Of a DNA stretch of 64,000 nucleotides, positions 37,618 to 46,512 are shown piece by piece; the first letter of the stretch is position 1; each line of letters opens with the position of its first letter. The notes under the pieces were generated by a model. The model worked only from the letters and a program-made list of their open reading frames with translations. It was not told the DNA's origin and made no database searches. The position numbers were made by a program, and so were the translations under genes. This stretch comes from a virus (lineage: Duplodnaviria; Caudoviricetes), in the IMG/VR virus record IMGVR_UViG_2930430511_000001, positions 1-64,000 of that record; one strand, 5' to 3'.

Positions 37618-38016
37618 CTACGAGACATCGGCTAGCACCGAGAACTTGGTTGTTGCGGTGCGTGGTTGGACCACCGGCAGTGGGTGAACCTGTGCGGTTC
37701 TGTCGTCTCGGGTGGTGTCGCGGTGTGCGGCGCGGGCTGCGGTGGCTTCGGCTCGGCAGCAAGGGCGGCGGCAGCCGTGGTTGTTGTAGCCGCCGGGTGT
37801 GCCGTGCGGGATGCGGGCGACGCTGCCCGCGGTCTTGGCGGCGGCAAGACGCTCAGCGAAGCCCCGGTCCCGGGTCTTGAGTTGCGTCGGGGTGCGGCGG
37901 CTGACGCCCAGCTTGTCGGCGGCCTCCCCGATGCGGACGCCGGAGGCGACGAGGCGCAGGAACTCCGCCTGGGCGGGCTCGTCGAACGTGACGGGGCGCC
38001 CGCGGCCGGCGGTCAC
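37618..38016 (-). CDS. HTH protein with HGT..GY..GCR..C Zn motif
   Basis: GRPVTFD..FLRLVASGVRIGEAADKLGVSRRT. Confidence 0.7.
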   Translation of the reverse strand: MTAGRGRPVTFDEPAQAEFLRLVASGVRIGEAADKLGVSRRTPTQLKTRDRGFAERLAAAKTAGSVARIPHGTPGGYNNHGCRRPCCRAEATAARAAHRDTTRDDRTAQVHPLPVVQPRTATTKFSVLADVS

Positions 38017-38420
38017 TCGTGGTCTCCCCACAGCAGCAGGTCCTCGTCGGCGGGGTGCGTACGGCGGCCGCACTGCGCGGCGACGGCCACCCCGCCTGCC
38101 ATGGCGCGGTGCCCGGCCTCGTCGAGGGCCCGCTGGAACCCGTCCAGCTCTTCGGGTCGCCACTGTGGGCGCAGCATCGCCTTGCCGGCCCAGATGCCGA
38201 CGGTGAGCGCCATGTTCCATATCGCCTGCACGGCGTCCTCCGGCACGTCGGGGAACATCGCGGTGGGGAGCTTGTCGGGGCGCCCGGCGTGGTTGAGGAG
38301 GCCCGCGTCGAGGATGCCCGCGATGACCGCGGCGGAGCGCAGGTTGCGGCCGTGCAGGGCCTCGTCGATGGCGGCCACGTCGAGCGGGGTGGTGGTGGGG
38401 AGTTGGGGTCCGGTGGTCAT
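38013..38420 (-). CDS. Hypothetical protein
   Basis: Coupled on both sides. Confidence 0.65.
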   Translation of the reverse strand: MTTGPQLPTTTPLDVAAIDEALHGRNLRSAAVIAGILDAGLLNHAGRPDKLPTAMFPDVPEDAVQAIWNMALTVGIWAGKAMLRPQWRPEELDGFQRALDEAGHRAMAGGVAVAAQCGRRTHPADEDLLLWGDHE

Positions 38421-39289
38421 GCGGCAGGCTCCAGCGTGGTGGTGGCGGGAAGGAGGATGTCGAACGTGAGCGGCTCGGCGACGATGCGGACGACGCGCAG
38501 CCGGGGACCGGCCGGCCGGGTGGTGCGGCGGGGGCGGGGTACGCGGAGCAGCTGCTCGTAGCCGGGGAGGATCAGCTGCACCGAGCTGGTGGGCAGGCGT
38601 CGGCCGCGAGCGAGACGCCGCTGTCGGGAGCCGTCCGTATTCGGCGCGGCGGCGATCGGCACGTCCCCGTCTGGAACGACCCGCACGCCGGCCGGGAGCA
38701 CGCCGAGGGTGCGGGCGGTGTCGAGAAGCTGCTGGCGGGTGGCGCGTTCCTTGTCCAGGCCGAGCAGCCCGCACAGCAAGCTCCGGTGCCAGTTGGCGGT
38801 GCGCACGTCCATGCCGGCCCCGTACGCCACCAGCTCCTCGTCCACGTTGGTGGCCAGCGACCGGAGGACGGCCTGCTTCTGGTCGGTGCGGGCCTCGTCC
38901 AGCCGCTTGGCGTCGATCGTGGCCGCGGCTGCCGCAGGGGTCTTGGCGGTGCGGCGGGCGACGAGGTCACGGTGGCGGGCCAGGGGCAGCATGCCGCCCC
39001 ACACCCCCTCCGGCTCGCTGAGCTTGCCGTCGCCGGTCTCCGACAGGGCATACGCCTCGCACTCAGCGCGCACCGGGCAGGAGCCGCACACACGCTGGGC
39101 GGCGGCTTGGCGGGCGTTGCGGGCCGACGGGGTCTCCTGCTCGTCCTCCGTGTACGGCAACCACGCATTCACGCTCACCGCAGTGTCGCCCTGCGCGCGG
39201 TCGGGCTGGTCGGGGTCCGGTGCGCAGCCGCGGTAGGCGTAGAACCGGTGATCTATCAGCGTGTAGTAGGCGCGGTTACGGCTGCTCAT
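38417..39289 (-). CDS. Extended WhiB-family protein with LuxR-like HTH region
   Basis: AQRVCGSCPVRAECEAYAL...GVWGG. Confidence 0.8.
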   Translation of the reverse strand: MSSRNRAYYTLIDHRFYAYRGCAPDPDQPDRAQGDTAVSVNAWLPYTEDEQETPSARNARQAAAQRVCGSCPVRAECEAYALSETGDGKLSEPEGVWGGMLPLARHRDLVARRTAKTPAAAAATIDAKRLDEARTDQKQAVLRSLATNVDEELVAYGAGMDVRTANWHRSLLCGLLGLDKERATRQQLLDTARTLGVLPAGVRVVPDGDVPIAAAPNTDGSRQRRLARGRRLPTSSVQLILPGYEQLLRVPRPRRTTRPAGPRLRVVRIVAEPLTFDILLPATTTLEPAA

Positions 39290-39569
39290 CGCCGTCTCCC
39301 TTCCGGTCGGGGTGTGTGGGGTGGTGGCCGTACATGGCGAGCGCCTGGTCGAGAACCCGGTGGGCGTCGTCCAAAACGCGGACCGCGGCCGCCCTGTAGA
39401 GGGCGCCCGCGGTGAGGGCTTCGTTGTCTCGTTGTAGCTGCGCCAAGAGGAGGCGCTGGGCGGTGCGTTCGGCGGCGAGGCGACGGCGCCATCCCCGCAC
39501 GGCCCGGTACAGGCCGGTCAGGAGGAGGAGCGCCACGACCGCCGTAGGGGCTATGAGCATGGCGCTCAC
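39276..39569 (-). CDS. Membrane-anchored hypothetical protein
   Basis: N-terminal TM. Confidence 0.6.
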   Translation of the reverse strand: MSAMLIAPTAVVALLLLTGLYRAVRGWRRRLAAERTAQRLLLAQLQRDNEALTAGALYRAAAVRVLDDAHRVLDQALAMYGHHPTHPDRKGDGDEQP

Positions 39570-39576
39570 TCCGTCT

Positions 39577-39783
39577 CTATGCGGTTGGGTGCGGTGTCGA
39601 TTCGTAGAAGGCCTTGTAGGCGGCGGCCAGGATCTGTTCGGTGACGGCCTGCGGGTCCTCGGCGGCGGTGACGTCGCGGGCCACCTGGCGGGTCAGCTTC
39701 TGGTGCAGGCTGCGGTCGCGGCGCTGATGCCAGGCGTAGATGGTCCGGTCGGTGAGGCGGACGAGGGTTTCGAGGGGCCACAT
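39577..39783 (-). CDS. Hypothetical protein
   Basis: TGATG coupling. Confidence 0.5.
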   Translation of the reverse strand: MWPLETLVRLTDRTIYAWHQRRDRSLHQKLTRQVARDVTAAEDPQAVTEQILAAAYKAFYESTPHPTA

Positions 39784-39989
39784 CACCACAGCAGTAGCGG
39801 CGGCGTGGAGTCGGTGGAGTCGCACAGCAGGACCTCCCTCGGGAGCGGTACGGGTATCTGGCCGGGGCAGGGTTCCGGCGGCGGTGGTGCGGGCTTCTTC
39901 TTCGGCGCGGGGGCCGATGGAGGGGCGGGTGGGCCGACCGTGGTGGCCGGCACCTCCCGCCCCTCCACATCCAGTTGGGCGGCCGCCAT
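39783..39989 (-). CDS. Pro-rich hypothetical protein
   Basis: TGATG coupling at both ends. Confidence 0.5.
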   Translation of the reverse strand: MAAAQLDVEGREVPATTVGPPAPPSAPAPKKKPAPPPPEPCPGQIPVPLPREVLLCDSTDSTPPLLLW

Positions 39990-40327
39990 CAGGCGCCTTC
40001 GGGTTGCTTGTGCTCGAAGGCGCGCTCCTGATCCTCTGGGGTGAGCGTGCGGTAGCAGGCTGCGCACAACTGATCGTCGCTGAACCGGTCGGTACCCTGG
40101 TGGTCCTTCTCGGCCTGCGGGAACGTCCGCCTTCCGCAGCGGGTGACCGTGGGGTGAAGGGCTAGCGCAATGAACGCCGATCCTCCAGAAGAGACGGCGC
40201 TGACCTGCGGACTGCGAGCGATGTCGTACGTCCCGTATTTGACAGCGATGTGTACTGTCCCGCTGCTCACGGCCTCGATGAATCGCAGTTCGGCGTCGGA
40301 GGGGATTGGTTCCTTCCCGGCTGCCAT
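39989..40327 (-). CDS. Hypothetical protein
   Basis: TGATG coupling to the annealase gene. Confidence 0.55.
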   Translation of the reverse strand: MAAGKEPIPSDAELRFIEAVSSGTVHIAVKYGTYDIARSPQVSAVSSGGSAFIALALHPTVTRCGRRTFPQAEKDHQGTDRFSDDQLCAACYRTLTPEDQERAFEHKQPEGA

Positions 40328-41316
40328 CAGGCGGCGTTCCTCTCCTGCCGGGCGGCCTTCAGCTCCGCCAGTCGGTTCTTGAGCAGGTCCTCGATACGCG
40401 TCGGGATCTTGTCGGGGCCAGCCGGAATAACCTCGTTCAGCAGGGACTTCGCTGTGGCCTCCAGAAGGTTCTGTTGAGTGGCGCCGGCGTTGTTCCACCC
40501 GTTGAGGACCTTCGGCTTGAACTCCTCCAGGGCCATCGCCTGAGACTGCTCCGGAGTCATGGCCGGCCGATCCGACGCGGTCTCGGACTGCTGGGCGGGC
40601 GCCGAACGCGATTGCCGCTGCGGTTGCGCTGGCGGGGTGGCCTCAGGTCCCTTGGCCGGGGCGGGCGTCGGCTGGGGCGCAGGGCCTGGGCTGGTCCCCA
40701 GTTCGGCGGCCAGTTCTGGCGTCAGTTCCACGCCCGGCTCAATGATCTCCAGATCAGAGGAGGTCCACAGGTTCAGTGCCATGCCGAAGCGCATGCCGGC
40801 GTTGCGGATGGCGTCGCCGATGATCTCCTTGATGGCATTCGCGCCGGCTTTGCCGGTGGCGTCTCCGTATCCGATGCGGGTCATGCCGCATACCGTGAGA
40901 CGAATCCACAGGCCAGGCACGTTGTCGAACTGCGGCAGGCCCCGCTCGTCGTAGGACAGCGGCTCCCAGTCCCAGAACGGGTCGGCATTAAGCAGCCGGT
41001 TCGTTGCCTCGGCGTGCCCGATGTACTTCAGGCAGATGTGCGCTTCGGTGATCTTCTGGCCGTTGCAGCGGTGGCACTTGATCTCGGTGTGCCGTTCACA
41101 GACCTTGGGCCAGCCCGTAGCGTTGCTGCACTTCTTGCAATAGGGCTGGGGCCGGTAGCGGACCTCGGACTGCACGAACGGCTCGCGAAGCTTGTGGAGG
41201 GCGAGAATCTGCTGTTCGCGGGTGTATCCGTAGGTGCCGGCGGGGCGGTCGCTCTGGTTTTGGGTGTGCTGAGTGGGGCCCTCCGCAGTTGCGGGGGCCT
41301 GGGTGCCGTTCGGCAT
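40327..41316 (-). CDS. Rad52/Rad22 (Sak)-like single-strand annealing protein
   Basis: YIGHAEATNRL..ADPFWDW..LWIRLTVCG.TR.GYG..KE.IGDAIRNAGMRFG.AL.LW. Confidence 0.8.
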   Translation of the reverse strand: MPNGTQAPATAEGPTQHTQNQSDRPAGTYGYTREQQILALHKLREPFVQSEVRYRPQPYCKKCSNATGWPKVCERHTEIKCHRCNGQKITEAHICLKYIGHAEATNRLLNADPFWDWEPLSYDERGLPQFDNVPGLWIRLTVCGMTRIGYGDATGKAGANAIKEIIGDAIRNAGMRFGMALNLWTSSDLEIIEPGVELTPELAAELGTSPGPAPQPTPAPAKGPEATPPAQPQRQSRSAPAQQSETASDRPAMTPEQSQAMALEEFKPKVLNGWNNAGATQQNLLEATAKSLLNEVIPAGPDKIPTRIEDLLKNRLAELKAARQERNAA

Positions 41317-41392
41317 GAGGTCTCCAGATATTCGTGATGTGTGGTGCTGCGGGGCGCGGTGGGTGTCGGCTCCCGACGCGCCCCGCCAGGGG

Positions 41393-41974
41393 CTACTCGC
41401 CGGCGTCAGCCTCGGGTGCCGGGTACTTCTTCAGCAGGTACTGCTTGGCGACGACCCCCGGCGTCGGCGTCCAGCCCAGCTCCTCCGCCAGGGCCTTGCC
41501 GTGTGCCTTTGCCGCGTCGTGGAGGCCCTTGTCCGGGCGGACGTTGATGTTCTTCTGCGACTCACCGCCCGTCCCCCACGCCTTGCGTCCAGGCTGCTTC
41601 GGCGTGAACGTCCCGTCGACGAACGCCCGGAATGCCTCCTCGGCGTCGGCGGTGAGGGTGCTGCCGGCGGCCTTGGCGGCCTGGTGCAGGCGGGCCCGCT
41701 CCGTCTCGGTGGAGGCGATGGGCAGGTTGGGGTTTTTGACGTTGTGCTGCCGGTAGACGGCGGCGGCGATGTAGTCGTCGGTGAGGGTGTAGGCGACGGC
41801 GTCCGCGAGGTGTTCGGTGGTCTTGTTCTTACGGAGTCGTTCGGCTGCCTGGTTGACCAGGTCGCGGGTGGCTTCGTAGTCGCGGCGCTTTTTCGGGGGC
41901 ACTCGGGGTCCTCTCGGCGGTGTGCGCCGTTCGGACCGGGGGCGGTTCGGCGGGCGCGTGGGGGTCGTCGCCAT
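41393..41974 (-). CDS. Putative DNA-binding regulator (possible tandem RHH); alternative GTG start at 41902
   Basis: NLPIAST..ERARL and KNINVRPDKGLHDAA resemble beta-alpha-alpha units; AGGAGG RBS; first gene of the leftward switch operon. Confidence 0.55.
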   Translation of the reverse strand: MATTPTRPPNRPRSERRTPPRGPRVPPKKRRDYEATRDLVNQAAERLRKNKTTEHLADAVAYTLTDDYIAAAVYRQHNVKNPNLPIASTETERARLHQAAKAAGSTLTADAEEAFRAFVDGTFTPKQPGRKAWGTGGESQKNINVRPDKGLHDAAKAHGKALAEELGWTPTPGVVAKQYLLKKYPAPEADAGE

Positions 41975-42047
41975 CCAGTGTCCTCCTTTTGTCTATTGCA
42001 CTGGCAAGCGGTGTGCCCGCCGTCGGGACTGTCCCGGTGTGGTGCCC

Positions 42048-42093
42048 ACCTTACGGCATGCCTATTGCACGCGCAATAGAGAACCGCTATTGT
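42048..42093. promoter_or_regulatory. Back-to-back divergent promoters sharing palindrome CTATTGC-ACGC-GCAATAG
   Basis: Rightward TTGCAC-N17-TATTGT; leftward TTGCGC-N17-TAAGGT. Confidence 0.8.
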
Positions 42094-42120
42094 GGGGCAC
42101 ACGCCACCAAGGGGGACCCG

Positions 42121-42408
42121 ATGCGACACACCCGCCGAGCCATTCACGCCGCACTCACCACCACCCGGGCCTTCGCCTACACCACCCTCGGCCCCCGCGC
42201 CTTCCTCCGCTTCACCCTTGAGACCGCCCGTCGTGTCCGCATCGCCTACGTCAAGGCTGACGGCGAAGCCTCCGTTCGGGACATCGAGCCGCACTTCGTG
42301 AAGCCCAACAAGAAGACCGGCCGCCTCTACGTCCACGCCTACGACCACCTGCGGGGCGAATCCCGGAACTTCACCCTCGACTGCATCGCCAACCTGGAGA
42401 TCGCCTGA
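42121..42408 (+). CDS. Stand-alone WYL-domain protein
   Basis: VRIAYVKADGEASVRDIEP..YVHAYDHLRGESRNFTLDCI. Confidence 0.88.
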   Translation: MRHTRRAIHAALTTTRAFAYTTLGPRAFLRFTLETARRVRIAYVKADGEASVRDIEPHFVKPNKKTGRLYVHAYDHLRGESRNFTLDCIANLEIA

Positions 42409-42467
42409 CCGGGCAACACCAGCTGCCCTACCGCGACACCATGAACCACGAGACAGAGGAGCCCCAT

Positions 42468-42734
42468 ATGGCCACCAGCCGCGTCACTAGCACGTCGGTC
42501 ATTCACGTCATCGAGTGCGCCGTCTCCGACGCGCACCTGAAGAGCGACTTCGTCTACTGGGACGTCATCAAAGCCCAGATCACCTACAAGAACCGTGAGG
42601 TGTCCGAACTTCGACTGACAGCCATCGCCGAGGACACCCGCGAGCAGGGAGAGTTCACGATGCCGGTCGATGTACCCGACTGCTGGCACCCATGGCAGTT
42701 GGAGCTGGTCGACCTCCACCGCCCGGCGGTCTGA
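42468..42734 (+). CDS. Hypothetical protein
   Basis: GAGGAG RBS; hairpin after stop. Confidence 0.65.
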   Translation: MATSRVTSTSVIHVIECAVSDAHLKSDFVYWDVIKAQITYKNREVSELRLTAIAEDTREQGEFTMPVDVPDCWHPWQLELVDLHRPAV

Positions 42735-42856
42735 GCCCAGGCATGACGAAGGCCACCGCCCCGAACCGGGTGGTGGCCTGAACACACGAAACGCGCAACA
42801 CGCAGTGTACTCGCGGAACTCACCACCCCGCCACTACTTCGCAGAAGGGGCACCAC

Positions 42857-43000
42857 ATGAACCGCGCAGACATCCTCCGAGAAGCCATCGAAGCCGTACG
42901 AGCGGAGCGCCTCACCGACGAAACTGACACCCCCGAAGACGAGGCTTACAACCAGGCCATCGACGACGCGATCAGCGCGATCGAAGCCATCGGCCAGTGA
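42857..43000 (+). CDS. Small acidic protein (47 aa)
   Basis: MNRADILREAIEAV...YNQAIDDAI; GTGA coupling. Confidence 0.6.
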   Translation: MNRADILREAIEAVRAERLTDETDTPEDEAYNQAIDDAISAIEAIGQ

Positions 43001-43197
43001 CCTCGCGTCCCGCACAGCAGCCGTCCCTGCCCATCCCCGAGCAGGGACGCCGCCGCGTCTGGTGCCGAGCCTGCGGACGCGAACTCCACGACCCCGACGC
43101 ACGCTTCCGGGGATACGGAGCCGACTGCGATCCCGCCAACCGCACCCGCTGCCGCCGACCGGACGACATCGACCAGGACACCATTCCCGGCACCTAG
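42997..43197 (+). CDS. DUF6011-like Zn-finger protein
   Basis: CRACGRELHDPDARFRGYGADC. Confidence 0.7.
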   Translation: MTSRPAQQPSLPIPEQGRRRVWCRACGRELHDPDARFRGYGADCDPANRTRCRRPDDIDQDTIPGT

Positions 43198-44162
43198 CGC
43201 GCGGCGGCCTGTTCCTGTGCCCACTCCACCCCGCGCCGCCACTGCTCCACCCGGGCCGGCAACGGCACCCACGGACCCGGCCCCTCCCACCGGCCCGCCA
43301 ACGCCTCATTCAGACGCGCCATGCCCTTCGCGAAGCCCATCCGCAGACCCTGCGCCCGCAGCGGCAGGCCCGCCTCATACGTCTGATACACGCCCCCCAC
43401 CGGGCGGGCACGGGCATGCACCGTCACCCACAACGCCCCATGATCCGCACCCTCAAGCCCCCCAACCAGCCGCTCACGCACCCGCAGCCATCGCCGCAAC
43501 GCCACCACCGTCCCCGGACGCAACGGCACACGCTCCTCACGCCGCCGCCCCGACCCCTGGCGATGCCACACCGCATCCACCCACGGATCGCCCTCATCCA
43601 GACTCACGTCCTCCACCCGGCGCGTCACCAAATCCCCCGACCGCATCCGCGAATCCAACACCAGCCCCGCACACGCCAACGACCGCGCCATCAGCGCACT
43701 CCCCGCCGCATCCGCGTCCACCAGCCGCCTGTACAGCAACTCCAACTGCTCCTGCCCGGCCACAGGCGCGAGGTCGAGGCGCTCCCGGTACACCTGCGGC
43801 ACCGTCACCTCCACCCCCACCTCCTCCCCGAGGATCACCAGGCAGTCCCGCAGCATCCCCAGCGACGACCACGACAGCGGCGTACCCACCGCCGCCGGAT
43901 TCCGCCTGTCCCGGAACGTCCCCTGACTGGCAAGCTCGAGGAACGCGTCCACGCTCTCCGGCGCCAGCAGGGCCTGCACCGACCGGCCGCACCGCTCCGG
44001 CATCCCGCTATCCCCCGTGGCCAGCTCCAGCTGCCGCAGAGTTGCCCGCAGCTGCCTGGCCCGCGACCGTGACACCAGCCGGCCCCGCCGCAGCGGCGGC
44101 CGCACCTCCCACAGCCCCGGGTCCCGCGGCGCCACCCGCTCCACGACGTTCTCCAGCCGCAC
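43194..44162 (-). CDS. Tyrosine-recombinase-fold protein lacking the C-terminal catalytic Tyr region
   Basis: Box I LVLDSRMRSGDL..L/VEDV, VPL..T..ALRRWL, LWV; ends EQWRRGVE with no H/W or Y box. Confidence 0.7.
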   Translation of the reverse strand: MRLENVVERVAPRDPGLWEVRPPLRRGRLVSRSRARQLRATLRQLELATGDSGMPERCGRSVQALLAPESVDAFLELASQGTFRDRRNPAAVGTPLSWSSLGMLRDCLVILGEEVGVEVTVPQVYRERLDLAPVAGQEQLELLYRRLVDADAAGSALMARSLACAGLVLDSRMRSGDLVTRRVEDVSLDEGDPWVDAVWHRQGSGRRREERVPLRPGTVVALRRWLRVRERLVGGLEGADHGALWVTVHARARPVGGVYQTYEAGLPLRAQGLRMGFAKGMARLNEALAGRWEGPGPWVPLPARVEQWRRGVEWAQEQAAAR

Positions 44163-44188
44163 AATGCCCCGCGGACTCCGCTCAGCGC

Positions 44189-45280
44189 TCACAGCCCGAT
44201 CCCGATCAGCGCGTTGTCCTGCTCGTCCCACTGGTCCACGATCTGCATGTACCCGTCCAGCACCTTCGACCCTTCCTTGTGCCCCGTGATCGCGGCGATG
44301 GCCTTCCGGTCCTTGCCGGCCCGCCGCGCCTCCGTCGCCAGCCCGGAGCGCACTGAGTGGCCAGTGAACAGCACCTCGATGTCCGCGCGCAGCCCAGCCG
44401 CGGTGATGAGGTCCCCGGCGCGCTGCGGGGTGAGGCCCTGCGGCTGCACGGCGCCGGTGTGGTGGATGCGGCGGAACGCGTGCCGGTCCGGGTCGGCGAT
44501 CTGCGCGGCCTCCTGCCACGCCTTCCAGGCCCGCACTGGGCAGGTGGCCGGGTTGGTGCCGTACGGGACAGGTACGGTCCGCGGGTCGGTCTTCGATACG
44601 CGAACGTCGACCAGGAGACCGTTGTCGTCATCGCGGATGTTCCGCAGGCGCAGCCCAGCGAGCTCGGCGCGGCGTGCGGCGATGGAGAACCCGAGGAGCA
44701 GCATGGCCTGGTCGCGGAGGCCGAAGATGTCGGTGTCGCACTTCGACACGATCAGCCGCAGTGAGTCCAGGCGCATCGCCGGGGCCTTCCCGCGGCCCCG
44801 GGCGGGTTCCTCCGCTTCCTCGGCCTTCTTGCGGTAGTCCTTCAGCAACTCGCGGGCGGCCTTGGTCGCTTCGGGGTCCACCACGACGCTGTACTGCTGC
44901 CGCAGGGTCACGGTGACGCCGGCGAGCTTGCGGTCGATGGTGGAGTAGGCGCGCTTCTCCCGGTTCCACAGGTAGTCGACGAAGGCGCGGAGGGTGCCGC
45001 GGGTGGCGGCGGTGGTGGGGATCTGGAGCTGGGTGCAGAACGCGGTCCAGGTCTTCCAGTCCGCGGCGTAGGAGCGGGTGGTGTTGTCGGGGCGCTGGTT
45101 CTGGGCATGCTCGTCGGACGCGGCATCGAGTGCGGCGAGGCGTGCGCGAAGGTCCTCGTCGAACTCGGCGGGCAGTAGCGAGCGTACGGTGGGCAGGTGG
45201 TCGACGTCGATCAGTCTGGCGTCGACCACCTGCCCGTCAGCCTCCGAGTTCATCACGGAACGCACGGGTGCGCTCTTCAC
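44189..45280 (-). CDS. Cre-like tyrosine recombinase (probable start 45253)
   Basis: NTTRSYAADW, RDQAMLLLGF..ARRAEL, SKTD, GHSVRSG, TGH, Y. Confidence 0.93.
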   Translation of the reverse strand: MKSAPVRSVMNSEADGQVVDARLIDVDHLPTVRSLLPAEFDEDLRARLAALDAASDEHAQNQRPDNTTRSYAADWKTWTAFCTQLQIPTTAATRGTLRAFVDYLWNREKRAYSTIDRKLAGVTVTLRQQYSVVVDPEATKAARELLKDYRKKAEEAEEPARGRGKAPAMRLDSLRLIVSKCDTDIFGLRDQAMLLLGFSIAARRAELAGLRLRNIRDDDNGLLVDVRVSKTDPRTVPVPYGTNPATCPVRAWKAWQEAAQIADPDRHAFRRIHHTGAVQPQGLTPQRAGDLITAAGLRADIEVLFTGHSVRSGLATEARRAGKDRKAIAAITGHKEGSKVLDGYMQIVDQWDEQDNALIGIGL

Positions 45281-45693
45281 GGGCCTGAACCTCGGCCTTC
45301 ACCGCTTCGTCCTTCAACTGGTCAATGGGGTGCAGCAGTTTCCCGGCTCGGTACTGTTGGGCGAATGCCACGGCAGCGGTGGCGACCTTCTGGCCGTCCA
45401 AGTCGCTTCCGGTGAACCGCGTGAACGGCTCGCCGCCGTCGGGGTCGTCCTCGGTCTCTTGGAGACGCCGCTCAAGTCGCTCCAGGTACCGGCGGACATC
45501 AGCAGCCTTCTCCCACGCGTACAAGTCGCTCCAGGTACCGGCGGACATCAGCAGCCTTCTCCCACGCGTAGCGGATGTTGCCATCCTCCATGGCGCTCGC
45601 GAGACGCCCAAAGAGGTCGAGTGCTCCGACGTACTCCTCGGCCAGGTTGTTCTCCGGAGTGCTGCCACCCAGCAGTTCGTACAGGTCCGCCAT
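45237..45693 (-). pseudogene. 135-aa gene upstream of the recombinase, frameshifted by a 49-bp tandem duplication
   Basis: ORFs 45499-45693 and 45237-45668 join in frame when one copy is removed; GAGGAG RBS. Confidence 0.85.
45473..45570. repeat. Perfect 49-bp tandem duplication
   Basis: 45473-45521 equals 45522-45570. Confidence 0.95.
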
Positions 45694-45889
45694 GATCGCT
45701 CCTCAAGTCATGATCCTTGATATGTGAGCTTATCCCGCATCAGACGCAAGATCAGGAGACCGTTGCCCCAGCCGAGTGGGGCCCACCCTCGGCCAACCGG
45801 AGGCGTACTGCCATTTGTTCGCCCAGATCGATCCTAAGCGTGGGCCCCTTTAACGGCGGATCGGCACCTCACCTCCCAAGTCAACCCGA

Positions 45890-45934
45890 ATCCTTGGATT
45901 ACACCCTTGCCTTGCATCCAAGGATCGCTATCAT
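45890..45934 (+). promoter_or_regulatory. Promoter TTGCCT-N16-TATCAT with ATCCTTGGAT/ATCCAAGGAT inverted repeats
   Basis: Leaderless ATG at 45941. Confidence 0.65.
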
Positions 45935-45940
45935 GGGTGC

Positions 45941-46183
45941 ATGGAGACCAATCAGACCCACGCCGAACCCGCCGTACAGGGCAGTCACTTCTGGTTCGCG
46001 ACCATCACGGTCCCGAACGCCCAGGGCTACTGGATGAACGGATACCAGGGCACCCTCACCCCGCCGCCGGGGGCTACGCGGCTCGACATGTTCAATGCCA
46101 TTCGCGCGGAGATCGACGAACGGGACCCCCGCGCTCGGGGTGGCCTCATGACGACCTTCGACATCCAGCCCAACCAGTTCTGA
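45941..46183 (+). CDS. Cassette-array gene 1, hypothetical
   Basis: Leaderless ORF. Confidence 0.7.
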   Translation: METNQTHAEPAVQGSHFWFATITVPNAQGYWMNGYQGTLTPPPGATRLDMFNAIRAEIDERDPRARGGLMTTFDIQPNQF

Positions 46184-46195
46184 GGATCGCGCACC

Positions 46196-46501
46196 ATGAC
46201 GGACAGCACGAAGAAGCCCCGCCTCCTCCCCACCGGCAACTGCTGGTGCGGCTGCGGCAAAGAAGTCGGCCTCGGCAAGTTCTTCGCCGCCGGCCACGAC
46301 AAAGCCGCCGAAGCAGCCCTCATCGCCGTCAAGTACGGCGGCTCCGTACCCGAATTCCTCCACGCCCACGGCTACGGCCCCCAGCACTCCGTCAGCCACG
46401 CCGCCGTCGACGCGGGAGTCTGGACGAAGTGCCAGCACTGCGACTACATGGGCGCCGAGGCCAGCGTCCGCAACCACACCCGCAAGTACCACGAGCAGTG
46501 A
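46196..46501 (+). CDS. Cassette-array gene 2, Zn-binding (CWCGCG..F..GHD, C2H2 end)
   Basis: Motifs and RBS. Confidence 0.75.
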   Translation: MTDSTKKPRLLPTGNCWCGCGKEVGLGKFFAAGHDKAAEAALIAVKYGGSVPEFLHAHGYGPQHSVSHAAVDAGVWTKCQHCDYMGAEASVRNHTRKYHEQ

Positions 46502-46512
46502 GGAGCACGACC

